The notes under the pieces are model-generated. The model was not told the origin of the DNA, did no database searches, and saw nothing but the letters and a program-made list of their open reading frames with translations. Positions 1-15,617 of a stretch of DNA of 64,000 nt are shown here, in pieces. The position numbers and the translations under genes are program-made. The stretch comes from Podarcis filfolensis (taxonomy: Eukaryota): assembly GCA_964270895.1 (NCBI GenBank), contig OZ185436.1. The stretch is one strand, 5' to 3'. Positions within the stretch are counted from its first letter, which is position 1, and every line of letters begins with the position of its first letter.

Positions 1-2799
1 ATATATGCTCTTTAGGATGTCTTAAAATATACAACTGAATGTGCAAGTTTAGCTTTGATTATCAGGGATGCCATCCTCTATGAATATTTTAAATTCAGAC
101 AGATACTAAAAGGGAACCAGGGTTCCAATCATTTTTTTGTATGTATTTTAGTTATATTGACTAGAAATTGACGGCTGGTTAAAAGTAAGATAAATGGGTA
201 AATAGGTTTTCTCCCATTTGTTAATAATCTCAAAAGTTGAATTTAAAAAGCATCGACAAGTTAAGATTCCTCCACCCACCCAGTTTTCTAACACTCACTG
301 CTAGAGGGGACCCCCCTCCACATTTTACAATAGAAACAGGGCAGTGTATTTGCAGACTGAAATGAAGGAGGGTCACACAGGACCACTGCCTGGAGAATTG
401 CACTCCTAAGTTGTAAGCTTTTGCTTGATGTAGAACAGTAAGATGAGTAGAATACAAATACGCAGCACAGAAATGGGAGGCAGGATGGCAGGATGAGATG
501 TGGCAGCACGGGGAACAACTAAAGGCACATCAGCCATCATACAGTTATGTCATCTCAACCCTATGTAGGTGGTATATAGCAGTAACTGCTGATAATGTAG
601 TTGCAACCAACCAAAAGCACAGCAGGATGGATTTGACCTATTCGCTTTGAAGGGGATGTTGCAGCACCATTTTGGCACAAGCCATTCGTCATGTTGCTCC
701 AGCTTCACACAACTTTATGACCAGAATGTCAACAATCCCATTAAAGACCCATCCATCATTCCCTAGTGGTGGTGAGCTATATCTGAATTTTTGGTATGTA
801 ACCTGGAATTGTTTCAATTCTGGATTCTTGGCATGGCTGACTTTAAGTAAACTGGTCCATTTTTTAAAAAACACATTCACCCTTTTTCTTTTTGTATCTT
901 CACCGACTAAAACTGGAAGACAGAGAAAATTATGACTAGACTTTCCTATCCAGGAGTAAGACAAGTGACATACAGTAAGGCATTTATAGGCCTGGAAATA
1001 TCAACTCCATACGTTTCTTAGTTCTTGCATATCAAGGATTCTTAAGTGGGAATCATACATAAAAAACCCCCCAAGGGTAAATCCTATTGCTGCTGTTGTT
1101 TGTAACAGTGGTGAACAGTGGTGTTCAGAGGCAGCTAGAATTCTTCATTAAAGTCAAAATACACCAACAGGAGGGTCACAGGCTCTCCTTCTTGGCTGCA
1201 GAGTATCAACAGATTCCCAACGTTCCCAGACCTGATACAATCTCAACTCACCATCTATTTTTCAGTTGGTAAATATTGAGATTAGGAGTTCCACCAGTGT
1301 TATCTAAGGCATAGTTACAAGGACATTCTGTTGGAGAAGTAATTAATACTCAACAGAAAGCAAGTGTGAAGAGAAGAAAGTCAAATTACTGTACAGAACC
1401 TTTTCAGATAGAGGCTTGGATCCGAAGAAGAACCAGGGGAAGGAAGTTGGTGGAATGTGACTTTCTCACCCGCTCCTTCCCCCAGAAAGCCTTATTTAAA
1501 GCTTTGGTATGGGAAGATGAAGGGGAGAGGGCAAAAGAATTGGGTGGAGGCACCTTCCGTGGGCCAAGTTCTGTTACCATTCTCAATGTATGTTGGAACC
1601 AAGTGCTGTTGATGTTCTTCTGACATTTCCCACAATAAAACGCAAAGATGCATGCGGCTCCCCATTGCGCACATGCCTGAATGTTGAGAGATCCATTTCT
1701 GCCCTTCATACTAACTTCTGCCCTACCATGGGAAGCACCGGTGGAATACAGCTCTTAAAACAGGCCAACTAACCTACTTTCATCAACTGAATGGGAAGTT
1801 CACCCACCCCAGGTTTGGACAATTGTCTCACAACAACTAACTCCTCCTATTAATCAGGTGTAAATGGATATAAAGGAAGCAGGTCTGTGGCTCCTGTGCC
1901 TATGAAGAAGTTGACAGGATTTGTGCGCTTCTTGCCCTGGGTTGTTTTATGTGCACATCCAGCCCAACAATATCCCCCCGCCCCATGACAAAGGAGTAGG
2001 AGCTGTGAATGCACATAATGTCTGAGGCAAATGCTCCATGTGGAAGTCCAATCTGCACAGTCTTTCAACCCATGCTCTCTTCGGAGAAAGAGAGAGAGAG
2101 AAAGAGAGAATGAATTACACAACAGTGATCTGCTGGCATCAAACGTTACATTAAATGTGTGTTGGGGGTTGTGGAATGCACTTCTTCAAAACAGAATGAG
2201 GATTGCTGGGACAACGTAAATTGAAAGAAGACTTGCAAAATATAGCTTCCCTTTTCCTTGGGCACAGGGAATATTTACAGCCCTCCTGCAATCAGGGTTT
2301 GAAGAAATGCTAGGTGTTCGAAAGTTTCAAATAAATCTAGTAAGAAGTAAATAAATAAGCTAGTTAGGAGGACACATTCAACAAAGAGAGCCACATTCAA
2401 CAAAGTAGCTGTACTCGCAGGAACTGGTGTGATGAGTCCTGCTGGCGCAATGGGACTTTAAACCTTCTCCTCCCCCATGTCCTCCTAAACTGGCTCTGGG
2501 AGGACTGGAGAACCCCCAGAACATCATGTGCAGGGAAGAGAGGGGAGATTGTTCTGTTGGGCAAGCTGAAACACTTGTGCTGATGGGACGGTTGGAAGAC
2601 TGTAATGTTGAATTCCTATGTCCTACAATCCCACTATTTTATGTACGTAATGGATAGTTAACTGCCCATCCAAAGCTCTCTAACTGCCTATACATGTTTC
2701 TGAATCTACTGCCTTGGTTGTCAGCCTAATTCCTTTGATTAAGAAAACAGAACACAATATAATAGATTACCTGGCAGAAATGGGTCTTTGGATGATGTA

Positions 2800-2975
2800 A
2801 GATGAACACTGCTAGATCCAAGCAGCGGTCTAACTAGTTCAGCATCCCGTTTCCCACAGTAAAGTTTCCAAGCAGGACACAAAGCCAAGAGCCCCAACCT
2901 GCTGTTGTTCCCCAGTGACTACATACAGCCATCACAACTATTAGCCATTAATATTGATAGCCTTGTCCTCAATTA
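2800..2975 (-). mobile_element. Degenerate CR1 3' fragment
   Basis: Similar to 43410-43660 (ctagatcca...cagcatcccgtttcccacagt...ttgatagcctt). Confidence 0.5.
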
Positions 2976-5065
2976 AATAATCACTGGCGGCAGCATTCAA
3001 AAAGACAATGGTGTACATTAGGACCAGAAAATTCTTATAGGGATTCCCAGTTAAATGGTCTGAGGATGTGGAGAAGTGCCTGGGTGGAAGGCCATGGAAA
3101 CCCATTCAGCACTGGCCTCCTGGCAAGGAACTCACAGCTGCCAGGAGGGAGAGGGGTGGCACGGCGAGGAGGTTGGTATTGTCAGCCTCTTGCCACCTCT
3201 CCCTGCGGGAAAGCACCAGTGACTCACATGCTAGGAAGTTAGCATAGTGGCTTTGACCCGCCTGGCAGGCTGCTTCTGGTACTGGAAAAAGGGTTCCCTA
3301 GGGAGATCCTGATCCCATCTCTCTTACATCACATTCAATTTGACCATAAGTTAAGCACTCTTGCCTGTCACTGATCACAGTCATACATTGTATATGCTTA
3401 AGGTTGCAACCCTATACTGAATACCTGAGAGTAAGTTCTACTCAACTCAGTGGGACTGATTGCATAGGAGTATACTTTAAATTTCTTTTACTGAATCAAT
3501 GGGATCACCAAGAGTGCTCAAAATTTTCTGGCTTGTTACTCTACTGTTTTATCTTCCCTACGAAGAAAATTGATGTGGAAAATAATAGGAGGAGCTAACA
3601 GACTCGGAAATTTGAGTGGAAAGTTATACAGACAGTTAACTAAGCATTACATACACAAAGGCACACAACCGCATACACATAACCACCCTTGTGATTTTTT
3701 TCTTTGAATGAAATGCCCCCATTCTGCTGGTTGTAAAGGCAAGAAAGCTCTACCTATTTCAGTCACCTGCTGCGAGCCAAACCACCCATTCAAAATCCAG
3801 ACCACAAGCAGAGAGCAGGTGCACTGTAGAGCAAATAGCTTCAGATGACTCATGCAAGTGAGCCAAGCCACAGGCTGCAGAGAAGAAATATTTGGCCTTC
3901 CAGAGGTTGCTGGACTCCAAGTCCCTTCAGCCTCAGCCAATATGGCCATGGTTGGGGAAAGACAACCATTCAACAACCTCTGAAGGGTCACAGGTTCACA
4001 ACGCCTGTTGTAGAAGAAAGAAAATCTCCCAGGCCAATCTGCTTGGAAGTAATTCCTTATTGCCTCTAGATCTGACAATCGTTCAGAGCCACTTCCTGTG
4101 TTCTTTTTAGGTGCACAACTATCATTTTTAGGTATACATCTCATAAAATGTATGTGGAAACATGCATGACAGATGTACCCTCTTCAGAGATCCAGGACTG
4201 GTTGCAGCTCTCCGTTGAGAGTACTCTAGGTGGCAAGTGTAAAGTTTTCCTGCCACATAATGTGCAGAGTGACTTTCAGACCAAGGGTGGTATCTGACTA
4301 ACTTGTTCTGCCAATGCAAGGATTTCCACTTGCTCAACAAACCCCGCCCATCATCTCCCTGTGCCCTCCTCAAAGCTCCTTCAGAGAGTTGGAGAAAGCC
4401 CCAGAACAGCTGGGGGTTCACCGGGCGAGGAGAAGTTCCACTGTGCAAATGGAAAACCTTGCACTGATGGAACAAGTTAGCTGGATACTACCCCAAATTG
4501 CCAACGAAGAGGAGTACACACTCTTAAGTATCTTAGACATATTATGTTGGAGGCAGAGAAGCTGGCAAGTTGATCACAATTGATGTGGGAAGTGCTGTAA
4601 TATGCTATAAGCCAGGTGTCAGGACATAGATTTGCCACTGCAATGCCACAGTGCTGGGTTTTACAGGAATAAGAGAGAGGGTTTTAATTGTGGTCATATT
4701 TGTGATCATGTGGCAGCAGATTTGAAACAGGAGCGGTTGTTCATGTGAACCCGTATTTTGACTCAAAATCCATTTGGAATAGCCCAATAACAGGATCGTG
4801 GCAATCAGGAACAATCTGGTTCTTTTTCTATCTTTGCTTCAGTTAGCTTCTGAGTGATATCAGGGGCCATCATGAAACACACACAGTGCACTGATCCTCA
4901 CTAAAGATAATTTAATTTTGCTTGGTAACAGTGAAATATCTATGGACAAACTATACCGTGTAGAACTGAAACCAAGTCAGTATCCAGCAGTATCCAGAAA
5001 GACTTCTTGTAGCTCAGAGATAATCTGGGAATTGCGGGGGGGGGGGGGGTAATGTGAAATTTTTA

Positions 5066-5275
<210 letters not shown>

Positions 5276-5549
5276 TTATCCAATTCTGGGACCAGTGTGA
5301 CGGAACAAAAGCAGGGTAGCGCATCGTGAAGAAGGGACTCTGCGATTTACAGCCGCAACACCAGCACATCTTGTTTTGAAAGCAAACATCTTGCTTTTGC
5401 CGATAAGGGTTGTGCAAAGTTACCTTTCATGAGGACTGCTCAGCAGGGCGACTAGTAAATTCAGTTCAATGAATGGCTGACTAGTTGCTAAGGGCCTAAG
5501 CAAGTTTCGTTGAAACTTATCGATTGCCAGCTGTGTCTCTGCAGCTCTA

Positions 5550-5711
<162 letters not shown>

Positions 5712-6155
5712 TTAAAAATTCCCCGTGGGACTAGTTGTTCAGCTGTCTGAAAGACTTGGGGTGGCCATACTGATCTATGTGCCTCCAGAGGGCTTATTCA
5801 AATATAGCCCAATCTCATGGGTGACAGAACTGGAAGAGAATGCCTTTTGAATCCATGTTAAGTTTATGCAAACCAATAGAAGATTTTTTAAAAAAACTAT
5901 GGTAAAATCTGGAGTTTTGCTGTGGTTCTTTAACTCATCTAGTAATAGGATCTAAGGCAAGGATGGAAAACGGTCCGAACCCTGTGGCTGAACACTCTGC
6001 CAGGATTCCAGATAAGTGCTGCTCAACCTCATTCTACTTTGTGTGACTGTCTGCACCAAGGTATACCTTGTGTGGTTACAAACATTTACACGTGGTGTAC
6101 ACTTGTAAACCTAAACCACTTGCAAGTAACTTGTGACAAAAGCAGTATATTAGCA

Positions 6156-6156
<1 letters not shown>

Positions 6157-6198
<42 letters not shown>
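6157..6198. repeat. (AAT)n microsatellite
   Basis: Direct observation. Confidence 0.98.
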
Positions 6199-6199
<1 letters not shown>

Positions 6200-6304
6200 C
6201 CTATGCAAAGCTGGAATTGTAACTCAACTTCTATTCCTTTTATAAATGCCTCCTAGCCAGATCCTTCTGTCCAGGAATACCATGTATCTAACAGGTCTAA
6301 TGTG

Positions 6305-6305
<1 letters not shown>

Positions 6306-6347
<42 letters not shown>

Positions 6348-6580
6348 TTATTATTATATATACCCCGCCCATCTAGCTGGCTTTCCCCAGCTACTCTGGA
6401 CAGCTTACAACCCATAAAAAATTGTAAAACATTAGACATTAAACACTTCCCTAAACAGGACTGCCTTCAGATGTCTTCTAAAAGTCAGATAGTTGTTTAT
6501 TTCCTTGACATCTGATGGGAGGGCGTTCCACAGGGTGGGCGCCACTACCAAGAAGGCCCTCTGCCTGGTTCTCCAAAGAC
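6306..6580 (-). mobile_element. L2 LINE 3' end with (TTA)n tail
   Basis: Translation RAFLVVAPTLWNALP...TFRRHLKAVLF resembles an L2 ORF2 C-terminus; ends in an (AAT)n tract. Confidence 0.8.
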
Positions 6581-8878
6581 CTCTCTGAATAGGATGGTGA
6601 CTTAGCAATTGCAGAACTTCAGAAGGACAGCTCAGGCCTTGCAGTGTATAAACTGAGCCACTCAGAGCAGTTCTCTCTTCCATCAGCTTGCCAATGAAGA
6701 AAGAGAAGGCACAATCTATGGACATCTCCATACAGGACTACAGTAAAATAACCCTTTACATTTTATGAAACTCAGGATAAGTTAGTAGTGGGCCTTCTGA
6801 CAAACCCAGGCCCTACTAGTAGACATCATGGCAATATTAAGCTGTATTGCATTTACATCTGCTGTCCTAAGTAACTCCTACTGGGAATTAGCCTAGGTCC
6901 TCAAAACCTCAGGGTCAAACTAGAAATGGCGCTGGAAAATATCACAGATATCCCAGTTTTCAATACATAAAAGCCACCAGAGGGGTGGAGGTAGTGATGG
7001 TAGTGCCACTTGGATGGTGCTTGTGGCACTGTGAAAGGGTATTAACTCTTCCACCACACTGTTTTCCTGATTAAAATTCCCTTCCCCCCAACCCCCCCTT
7101 CTATTTACCGCCCAGAGGAAAATATATAACTACCAGGCTACGCACTGCTCTAATCCAAATTACACACACCTCTCAAGTTGGCTTTTAATTAAAATAAAAA
7201 AAGCAGAACATCCTGTTCATAGATCTTTAAGTCTAGTTTGCCCTGAGGCTGACCCTGCTTTCGTTAGTTGGGACTGGCATTCTGGACCTGTTACCTGATA
7301 CTGTGTGACTCCAGCTAACACCTCAGCTTGGGGCTTAAAATGGCAAGCTTAAACACAGTCAATGTCCCTCATGTATCCGGACCTGGCATTGCAGAGAAGT
7401 TTAACGAGGTACAGACTTTCCCAGTACAAAGCCCAGAGGAAGAATCCTAGACAGGGACGCTACCAGGTGTGAAAAGCGAAACAGCTTCCCTTGGTGTGTT
7501 CTGGGGTCTTTTGGGGAGGGCAGCTGCTGCAGACACATCCAATATCTTGCCACTGAAAGCAGTTTGGAAAAACTGCTCTAAGACTCACACACACAAAAAA
7601 GACTGTCTGGTGGTTCATTCCAAGGAACATGTGCAACAAAGGGAATGCAAATGTCTGTTTGGCACCACATTTATAAACACGCTTAGAAGCCAGTGTAGTG
7701 CATGTAAGTTGGAGAATGCAAAAAAAATCACTGCAATTAATCATTGCAACCGTCTCTAGGTTTAGAAAACACTATCTCTTGGGAGGGACTCTGTAGCTCT
7801 GTGGCTGTAAGGCCTATGTTGATGAATGAGAAACCTTACATAATGTCATATGTATGCTTGGTTTTATGATGCTCTACAAAAGGCATTTACTGTTGATGCA
7901 AGCAGATAGTTAAGACCTACAAATGTTAATGAGGAGAGAGAAATAAATAGTATCCAAATTTCAATCCTCAGCACGCTCTTTTGGTAGTAAGGCCCAAGAG
8001 ACCTTAGGAGGGACTTACTTCCAAGTAGCCGTGCTTTTGGACTAGGCTGGAAGAGGCTGAGAGGGAACCACAAGAAGAATGAGAAGCAACTTGAAAACAC
8101 ATACAGATATTCAAAGGTAATCCAAAGTGCAGACATACAAAGAGGCAAGACCTGGGAAGCAATAATGCTGGAGGAGACTTGAGTAATGGTTGGCAGCAAA
8201 TTCTGCATGAGTCTACAGGGCGGCACAGCAACAAAGTAAACCATGATGGCTGCAGGCTGCATGCAAAGAGGCAAGACGCTGCAAAAGGGGGAGGTGCCAA
8301 TATATCTCTGTGCGAGGACACATTCAGAATGCTGTGATCAATTCTCCAATCACCAGCCATGCCTTGTAGTGTCAAAAATACGTGCACAGTTCCCTCATCT
8401 AAAGCCTTGGCTGCTTACCAAAAATAGCACAATGAACGTCCTAGAAGATGGGTTTCAACTTCCATTGCAATACTTAATAGTTAACTGTCTAATGGTATGT
8501 GACTGCTTCCTACTTTTCAAGAAACCCCATGCTAAATGTCCAATCTCATCTCGAAAACAGAGGGGAGGCCTTCATTGCTGACTATGGCAGAAGGAATTCT
8601 CCTTCCATGGCGGGCAATGAAGAAGACGTCCGTCAGCCCACATCTCTTATGTTTAACTATCTGTGCTCTGTGGCACATCCCAAGCACAAGTTAATAGATT
8701 AGTAAATTGATAGATTAGTTTGTCCTTGGAAAAGGAAATGCGTTTCTTTCTTTTTTATTAATCATACAAGAAATTAAGTGGCATTATGATGTTCAGGAAA
8801 TCATGAATTCAGAAGGTCTTTGTGAAAAGACCACTCTATGATTGGCAAAACCACTAGTACTCTGGAACTTTTATCCAT

Positions 8879-8915
8879 AATAATAACAACAACAACAATA
8901 ACAACAACAACAACA
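8879..8915. repeat. Compound (AAT)/(AAC)n microsatellite
   Basis: Direct observation. Confidence 0.9.
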
Positions 8916-10117
8916 GTGAAATTTAAGAAAAGTAAGCTTGTGTCGAAATGTTCTCTCTTCAGTCACAAGCAGGAAATATATAGACACTCGTAGAGGAAAA
9001 ATTAATAAATCAGTCATATCGAACACAGTAACCAAATTTGTATTGGATTGAGTTATGTGTGCCTTTATGGCCATCAGAAAGTACAAAGGAATGATTCATT
9101 TTACATTATTTAATCCAAATCTTCACTGATGAACTTAGAACTGAGAGAAAGACTGGATAGGTTTATTCACATACAACACATATAATTTCTGCTGATCATC
9201 CTTTCCCAGAATACTTGTCCTTGGACTATGACCCTGATGCGCTTACCTCCATGCTGCTATTGGCATTTTGCTCCTATATCAAAATAGTATTGGCTCCCTA
9301 ATACACTAATGATGTGTCTCTACTATGAGAAGCAACTCAGTGAATAAGTATCCAGTAAGGGGGTGGGGGAGGCTGTTGTGCACATTCAAGCGCACGTTAA
9401 CATTATGCAGATCGGAAGGACCAACATAGCCACAATGGGAGAAAATGACGTTCAAGAGAGCTATGATACAGTCAAGCATCCCAAGAAGACACATTCTTCC
9501 TCTTAAGAGAAGATGGGATGCACCAAAAGGATTGGGCTGGGCACTAAGGGATATCCAGAAAGCAACTATCCGCACTCATGGTTTGGTGCTGGTGCTAAAC
9601 CAGGTGTGCAGGAAGCAGTATAGTGGAGGTACTTTAAGAATTCAGGCACTGTGTTTGCAAATTCAAACAGCAATGTCATGCAATGTATGCAACCTGTACA
9701 GATATCACTATTACTAGCAATCCTGAAGTGGAGTCTATAAGAACAGGCAAGGGACCGGCAAAGGATGAAGTCGAAGGCATACATAGACTGTTTGGATTAA
9801 CTCCGAGCAGGGTACATACCCATACCACATAAAAATGCCATGCAAATGAGAGTCCCCAAACCCCCCTTTATCCCTATAGCTCCATGCCATGTGTATGTAA
9901 CACACTAAATCCACAACGAAGCCTCATGATGATCTGTTCTTCCAAACCAGTTAAAAGCACAGAGCCTTTCTGTTCCTGAAACCACTCCACAATCCCCACC
10001 ACTTTCATGTTAATTTAATTCCCACATGCCACGGTTTGTACATTCTGATTTCCACCAGCTATCTCCTCAAGTCTATTCTCATTAAAATGGCTTTACAACC
10101 GATGCCAAACCATTTAA

Positions 10118-10144
<27 letters not shown>
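10118..10144. repeat. (CA)n microsatellite
   Basis: Direct observation. Confidence 0.95.
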
Positions 10145-10148
<4 letters not shown>

Positions 10149-10274
10149 TGGTGCCACCCTCATTAATTAAATCACAGCTGCATCAACATATTAACTGAAC
10201 TGGGTGAGCTCATCTGGTTGGTTGGTTAATTTATCTATTTAAAACCCTGCCAATTTTTGAAAGAATTCATTTTA

Positions 10275-10445
<171 letters not shown>

Positions 10446-11266
10446 CTAGGGATCGATATGATAGGAAAGAAGGGTGCCAACTGCGAAGAGCAAGTTGGTG
10501 TTGCCCTTGGAAGTAGCTGTGGTCCTGAGCGCCTGCCTCATACACTCTCCTTTCATTTCAACCTTCTTAGAAGTCTATGGCTCAGGCTGCTCCACACCTG
10601 AAGAGCAATGCTGTGGAAGGACGCTACTGACAGCCAATCATACCCGGAAAAAAGTAGGGGAAAGAGAAAGATACTCCAGATGCCTTTGTTTCTTGTGAGC
10701 TCAAGATGTTAGGAAATATTACTTTCTCTAAGGCCCTGTACAGAGTAGGCAAAACAACAATAACAAAACCACTGCAAACTAGAGGATTCCTATTTGGAAT
10801 TTAGTGACCTTCTAGTCCTACATTGTGGCCCAAGGGCAAGGTGGCAGGAGCTGAGAATAGCAAACAGAGAGGGCTGGAGCAAACTTATATAGCCCCATCA
10901 ATTCAGACTAGGTCAGCATTGACATAACATGTGCTGACATGCTGATGCTCGTGTTCCACCACCGTCCAGGCCAAATACAACTCCATCCCCACCTGAAATC
11001 TCTTGGGGTAGGTGGACAGAACAGCTTTCTTGAATGATAACCTGGCTATCTGCTCCTGGCGGGATGTCAGCATGGACTCTCCATAATCTTTAGTCTTTTA
11101 GGAGACTTCTCCACACATCGACATCAACAAACTGAAACCACAGGAAAAGGCAGTGCGGTGTAATGAACTGAACACTGGACCTATGCCAAGAACACCTAGG
11201 TTCAAACCTCCATTGTTATGAAGGTTGCCTTAGGCAAGCAACTATCTCTTGGCATAACTTATTTTA

Positions 11267-11494
<228 letters not shown>

Positions 11495-11654
11495 CTACCA
11501 GAAGCAGAGGAACACAAAGGTCAGCTCTAGAAGATCAGCATAAACTTGAAAGCTTATTCTGTTTTACAAAGTGGCCACAGATGCGGTTATGAAAATGATT
11601 TACAACAGTGGTTTCATTTTTTAAAAAGTTCTAAACAAAGCTTCAGGGGACCCT

Positions 11655-11825
11655 GGGGAATGGTTGTGGCTCAGTGGTAGAGCATCTAGTTCAGTGGTAC
11701 AGCATCTAGGGATGGGAGAGGACAGTGTCTGAAATCCTGGACAGCTGCTGCCAGTCATCACAGAAAATATTGAACTGGAGGGAATATTGGTCTGACTCAG
11801 TATAAGGCAGCTTCCTATGTTTCTA
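11655..11825 (+). mobile_element. tRNA-derived SINE
   Basis: Head GTGGCTCAGTGGTAGAGCA, tail ggtctgactcagtataaggcagcttcctatgt. Confidence 0.7.
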
Positions 11826-12082
11826 ATTGCAAAGTGAGGTCTGGGGAGATCAGAGACTGATATAAATGTGCACTGCAGATACAGGTCCAGGAACATCTTC
11901 CATTTCCCAAGTTCCTGGTGCTTAATTTTGTTCTCATTGTCTTTGCTCCAATACAATGTAATCAGAGTCCAGAACAGAATATTTTCAGTGGAGATACTCT
12001 GCCAACCCAAAACAGGCATCTCAATGTAATGGGAATTATATTCTAAAATAATATACATTTTATTTTTAAAATGTATTGTTCA

Positions 12083-12310
<228 letters not shown>

Positions 12311-14662
12311 TTACTGGATCTTCAAAATATATTGAACAGCTATACAAATAGTTTGAAGCTTGCAGATCACTAAGTAAACATTTTCCTATTTTGCTAATAA
12401 TATAACAGAATCTAGTGGTAGGCTGACAGAGAATTTTGAATTCTCTGCACAAAACTCTGGAATCTCTGTCCAAAAGCAAATGTGCCTTTCATGCAGTGTT
12501 CTTTTCCCTGTTGTTATCTGTGTTTCTTTGCCAACTCTGGACACATTTTTCTTAGGCTGCACTCCTGTACACACTTTCCAAGAAGTGAGGTCCACTGAAC
12601 TCAACATGTCTAACTTCTGAGGAGACATGCATTGTTCAATCTCCATTTATAAGGAAAGTTAAATGAACAAACTGTGATTGCATCAATAAGGTACTATATT
12701 TTGATATCAATGAGATAATGCAATTAATGTGGATACTGGAGTAAATATAATTAACATGATTGGCTGATGCCAAGCAACGGTAAATTGGGTCATGACATAT
12801 AAACGGAGGACTCTTTGCTTTGTATGTTACTTCATTTTCATTAAGCAATTTATGGAAGATTGGAACACCAGGTGTGTTAATGGGAGTGTCCAAGTGAAAT
12901 CTGAATAAGCAATAGTGAGAAGTGCTTTGCTATAGTCCTGTTTCCCAAGACTTTCATCATAGCCTTGTTCAGACAAGTTCAATCAATATGCAGAGTGAGC
13001 GAGGAGCAGGATTGTGTGAATTGACCCTTCACCTCAACATGTTGATCAGAGCTCCTGATCACAGCCTATGCACAACTTTCTAGTGACGAGGTGAAGGTAA
13101 AACAATATATTTATAAAAACTTAAAAATAGTTCAAGAAATGCACATAAGGATCACTTTATGTGGGACGGTGATGTTAAAACAAGTAAATTCTTTAAAAAT
13201 GTGTAAAAATAATTACAAAGATGAGCACAAGAAGTGTAGTTAAATTTCTCCCTGTATTAAGTAGCATAACAGTTGCAGCTATTACAAATACGACAGCATG
13301 TGGATGCTAAACAGCTGATGAATATTCAAAAGTGGATTTACACACTGAAAAAGGAAGACTGCAGCTACTGAACAGAAAGGGATATAGCAGCAGTGAATCA
13401 ACATGTTCTTCTGTGTGGGAGTTTTAGCAGCTCTTTGTCCCTGCCTGAATTCATATGTAGCAATAAGCAATGGAACAGAAAGGAATTAATTCAGTTGCTA
13501 ATGGATACTTGTGCTTACTTCATATTCCTGGAAAATAAATATGATGCCATTTTTACAAAAGGAACCCAGAAGTACTTGCAGTTCTGAATTTTCAGAAATT
13601 GTTTAAAACATGGAAGGCATTATGTATCACTGATTTTGAGGCTGGAATCCTAAGCACACATTCCTAATAATAATAATAATTCCTAAACAGTGAGACGTGC
13701 TTCTGAGTAAACATGCATAGGATTGTACTGTAAGATTGGTTAATAAAAAATAACTACTGCCAATCACAGAGCTTCAATTCTAGTTGTGGATGTTTTTGGA
13801 TACAGTATTTTTAGTGTGGATTAAAGAGAGATGGGCACAGAGAGTGTTTAAAGAGTGCTCCCCAATTTACGTGATTTCACTTATGTGCACAGGGGGCCAG
13901 AATGTTACCCCCACGTAAGTGGGGAGTCATCTGTATAGAAGTATCTTATATATATTTGAATCCCTACTCTGTTTCACAATCACACTGGAGACACTTGACA
14001 TCAGCACCACACCTTATAGCAAAGGCAGAGTGCAATTTCCTGTATTGCTACCAGGACAGACAGAGTCCTTAAATTAGGAAACAACAGAGAATACCATCCA
14101 TTCTTCTTGCATTAGGTAACTAGAGACTCCTTAAATCAGAATTACTAATGTTATGCTACCAGTATCTTTTGGGTGAACAAACTCATGAAAACAATAGTCA
14201 TGTGCTATATTTGTACATATTATTTCCTGTTTTGATGGAAAGTAATACATTCCATTTTTTTAACCTACAATGGTTCTGCTGCAAAAGGTGCTATAAAGGT
14301 GAATTTATGTGGGTGGCTGGCTGGCTATTTTCTCTTGACAGTCATCTCTGACAAACAGTTTCCTATTGCCCTGCTTATAAAATAATAAAAAGGAACCTGA
14401 GCCATCCAAACATTACTACGGTATTTTAATTTCAAGTAGAGTGACAAACAGTAATCTACAGAAAAAAGGACTCATTTTTTAAAAAGCTCGCCGGTTTGCT
14501 CAACAATGCTTTAGAGAACCTAACATGAGAAATACCTAGTGCTTTCCTAGTTTTCTTTATATTTTCCTGTGGATACATTTGAACATAGGAAGTCCCTAAG
14601 ACTACAGCATGCAATTCTGAACCTGATCCCAGTCACCTCTCTCTTCCTTTCCACTTATACAA

Positions 14663-15100
14663 ATGATAGAATTGTACAGTTGGAACCCGGGGAGTCATCT
14701 AGTCCAACCCCTGCAATGCAGGAATCTCAACTAAGGCATATATGGTTTGCTTAAAAACCTGAAGGAGGCCGTTCCACTCTTGAACAGCTCTTATTGTCAG
14801 AAAGTTCTTTCTGATGTTTAATCAGAATCTCCTTTCTTGTAATTTAGCACCCAGAACAGGGGAATACAAGCTGGCTCAATCTTCCATGTGACAGCCCTTT
14901 AGATATTTGAAGAAGGCTATCGTATTTTCTCTCAGACTCTTCTTTTCCAGGCTAAACATACCCAATTCCTTCAACTGTTTCCCACAAGGTTTGGTTTCCA
15001 AACCCTTGGTCATCTTGGTTGCCCTGCTCTGCACACGTTCCACCTTGTCCTTCTTAGATTGTAATGCCCAGAACCGGATACATTACTCTTGGTGTATTGA
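14663..15100 (-). mobile_element. CR1 LINE 3' fragment
   Basis: Decayed ORF2 C-terminus, 3'UTR, and CR1 tail (ggttggactagatgac...ttccaact). Confidence 0.8.
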
Positions 15101-15617
15101 TTTTCACATGGCAAGAGTGTTCATCAACTGTAAACACTGAACTTTAAAATGACTAAAACAACAACAAAAAGATTGACCTGCAATTCATCTAAACGGCTGT
15201 TGGTTGATTTGCTCCTGTTACCTATGTTTTACTGCAGCCCGTAATGTTCAAGTAAGTCCATCACTCCAGAATGTCAAGTGTATTTATGGAAGAGACATGT
15301 AGGCATTTCTCTACTGACAGGTGAAAAACAGGAACTAAATCTCAAGAAAATAGCTGTGCTTGACAGCCCCTCTCATCAATCTGCTTTGGTGGGTAAATTT
15401 TACTCTTCGATATACTAGAGCCGAAACTAATGAAAACCTGGCCATATACTTCTCTGGAGTCAGCACTGCATCCTAGATCCATCACCTGGGGTCCACTGGG
15501 CATGTGGATCCCAGGAGAGCTGCCATGGAAATGTGGTCCTCAGTGTTAAAAAAGGTTTCTCCACCCGTCTTACACAATGAAGGGCTGCTTAGAATGAATA
15601 AATAAATAATGAAAATA

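Noticed and set aside
689-964. FN3-like phrase TSLLKVS...QFQVTYQ in a 91-aa minus-strand ORF
   Set aside because: Lacks the conserved FN3 tryptophan and later strands; no splice or start support.
3647-4860. Possible nested gene or endogenous viral fragment (ORFs of 165, 115 and 89 aa)
   Set aside because: Hand translation in several frames gave no recognisable motif and frequent stops; a tBLASTx search would be needed to exclude it fully.
6039-6515. Poly-Ile, poly-Leu and poly-Asn ORFs
   Set aside because: Translations of (AAT)n microsatellites.
6972-6991. CTCF-like motif (also about 35862-35878)
   Set aside because: Only partial consensus matches; cannot be supported without ChIP data or conservation.
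7860-9800. Coding-looking stretches in intron 26, including a repeated KRQD motif
   Set aside because: Interrupted by stops, no homology recognised, no exon structure.
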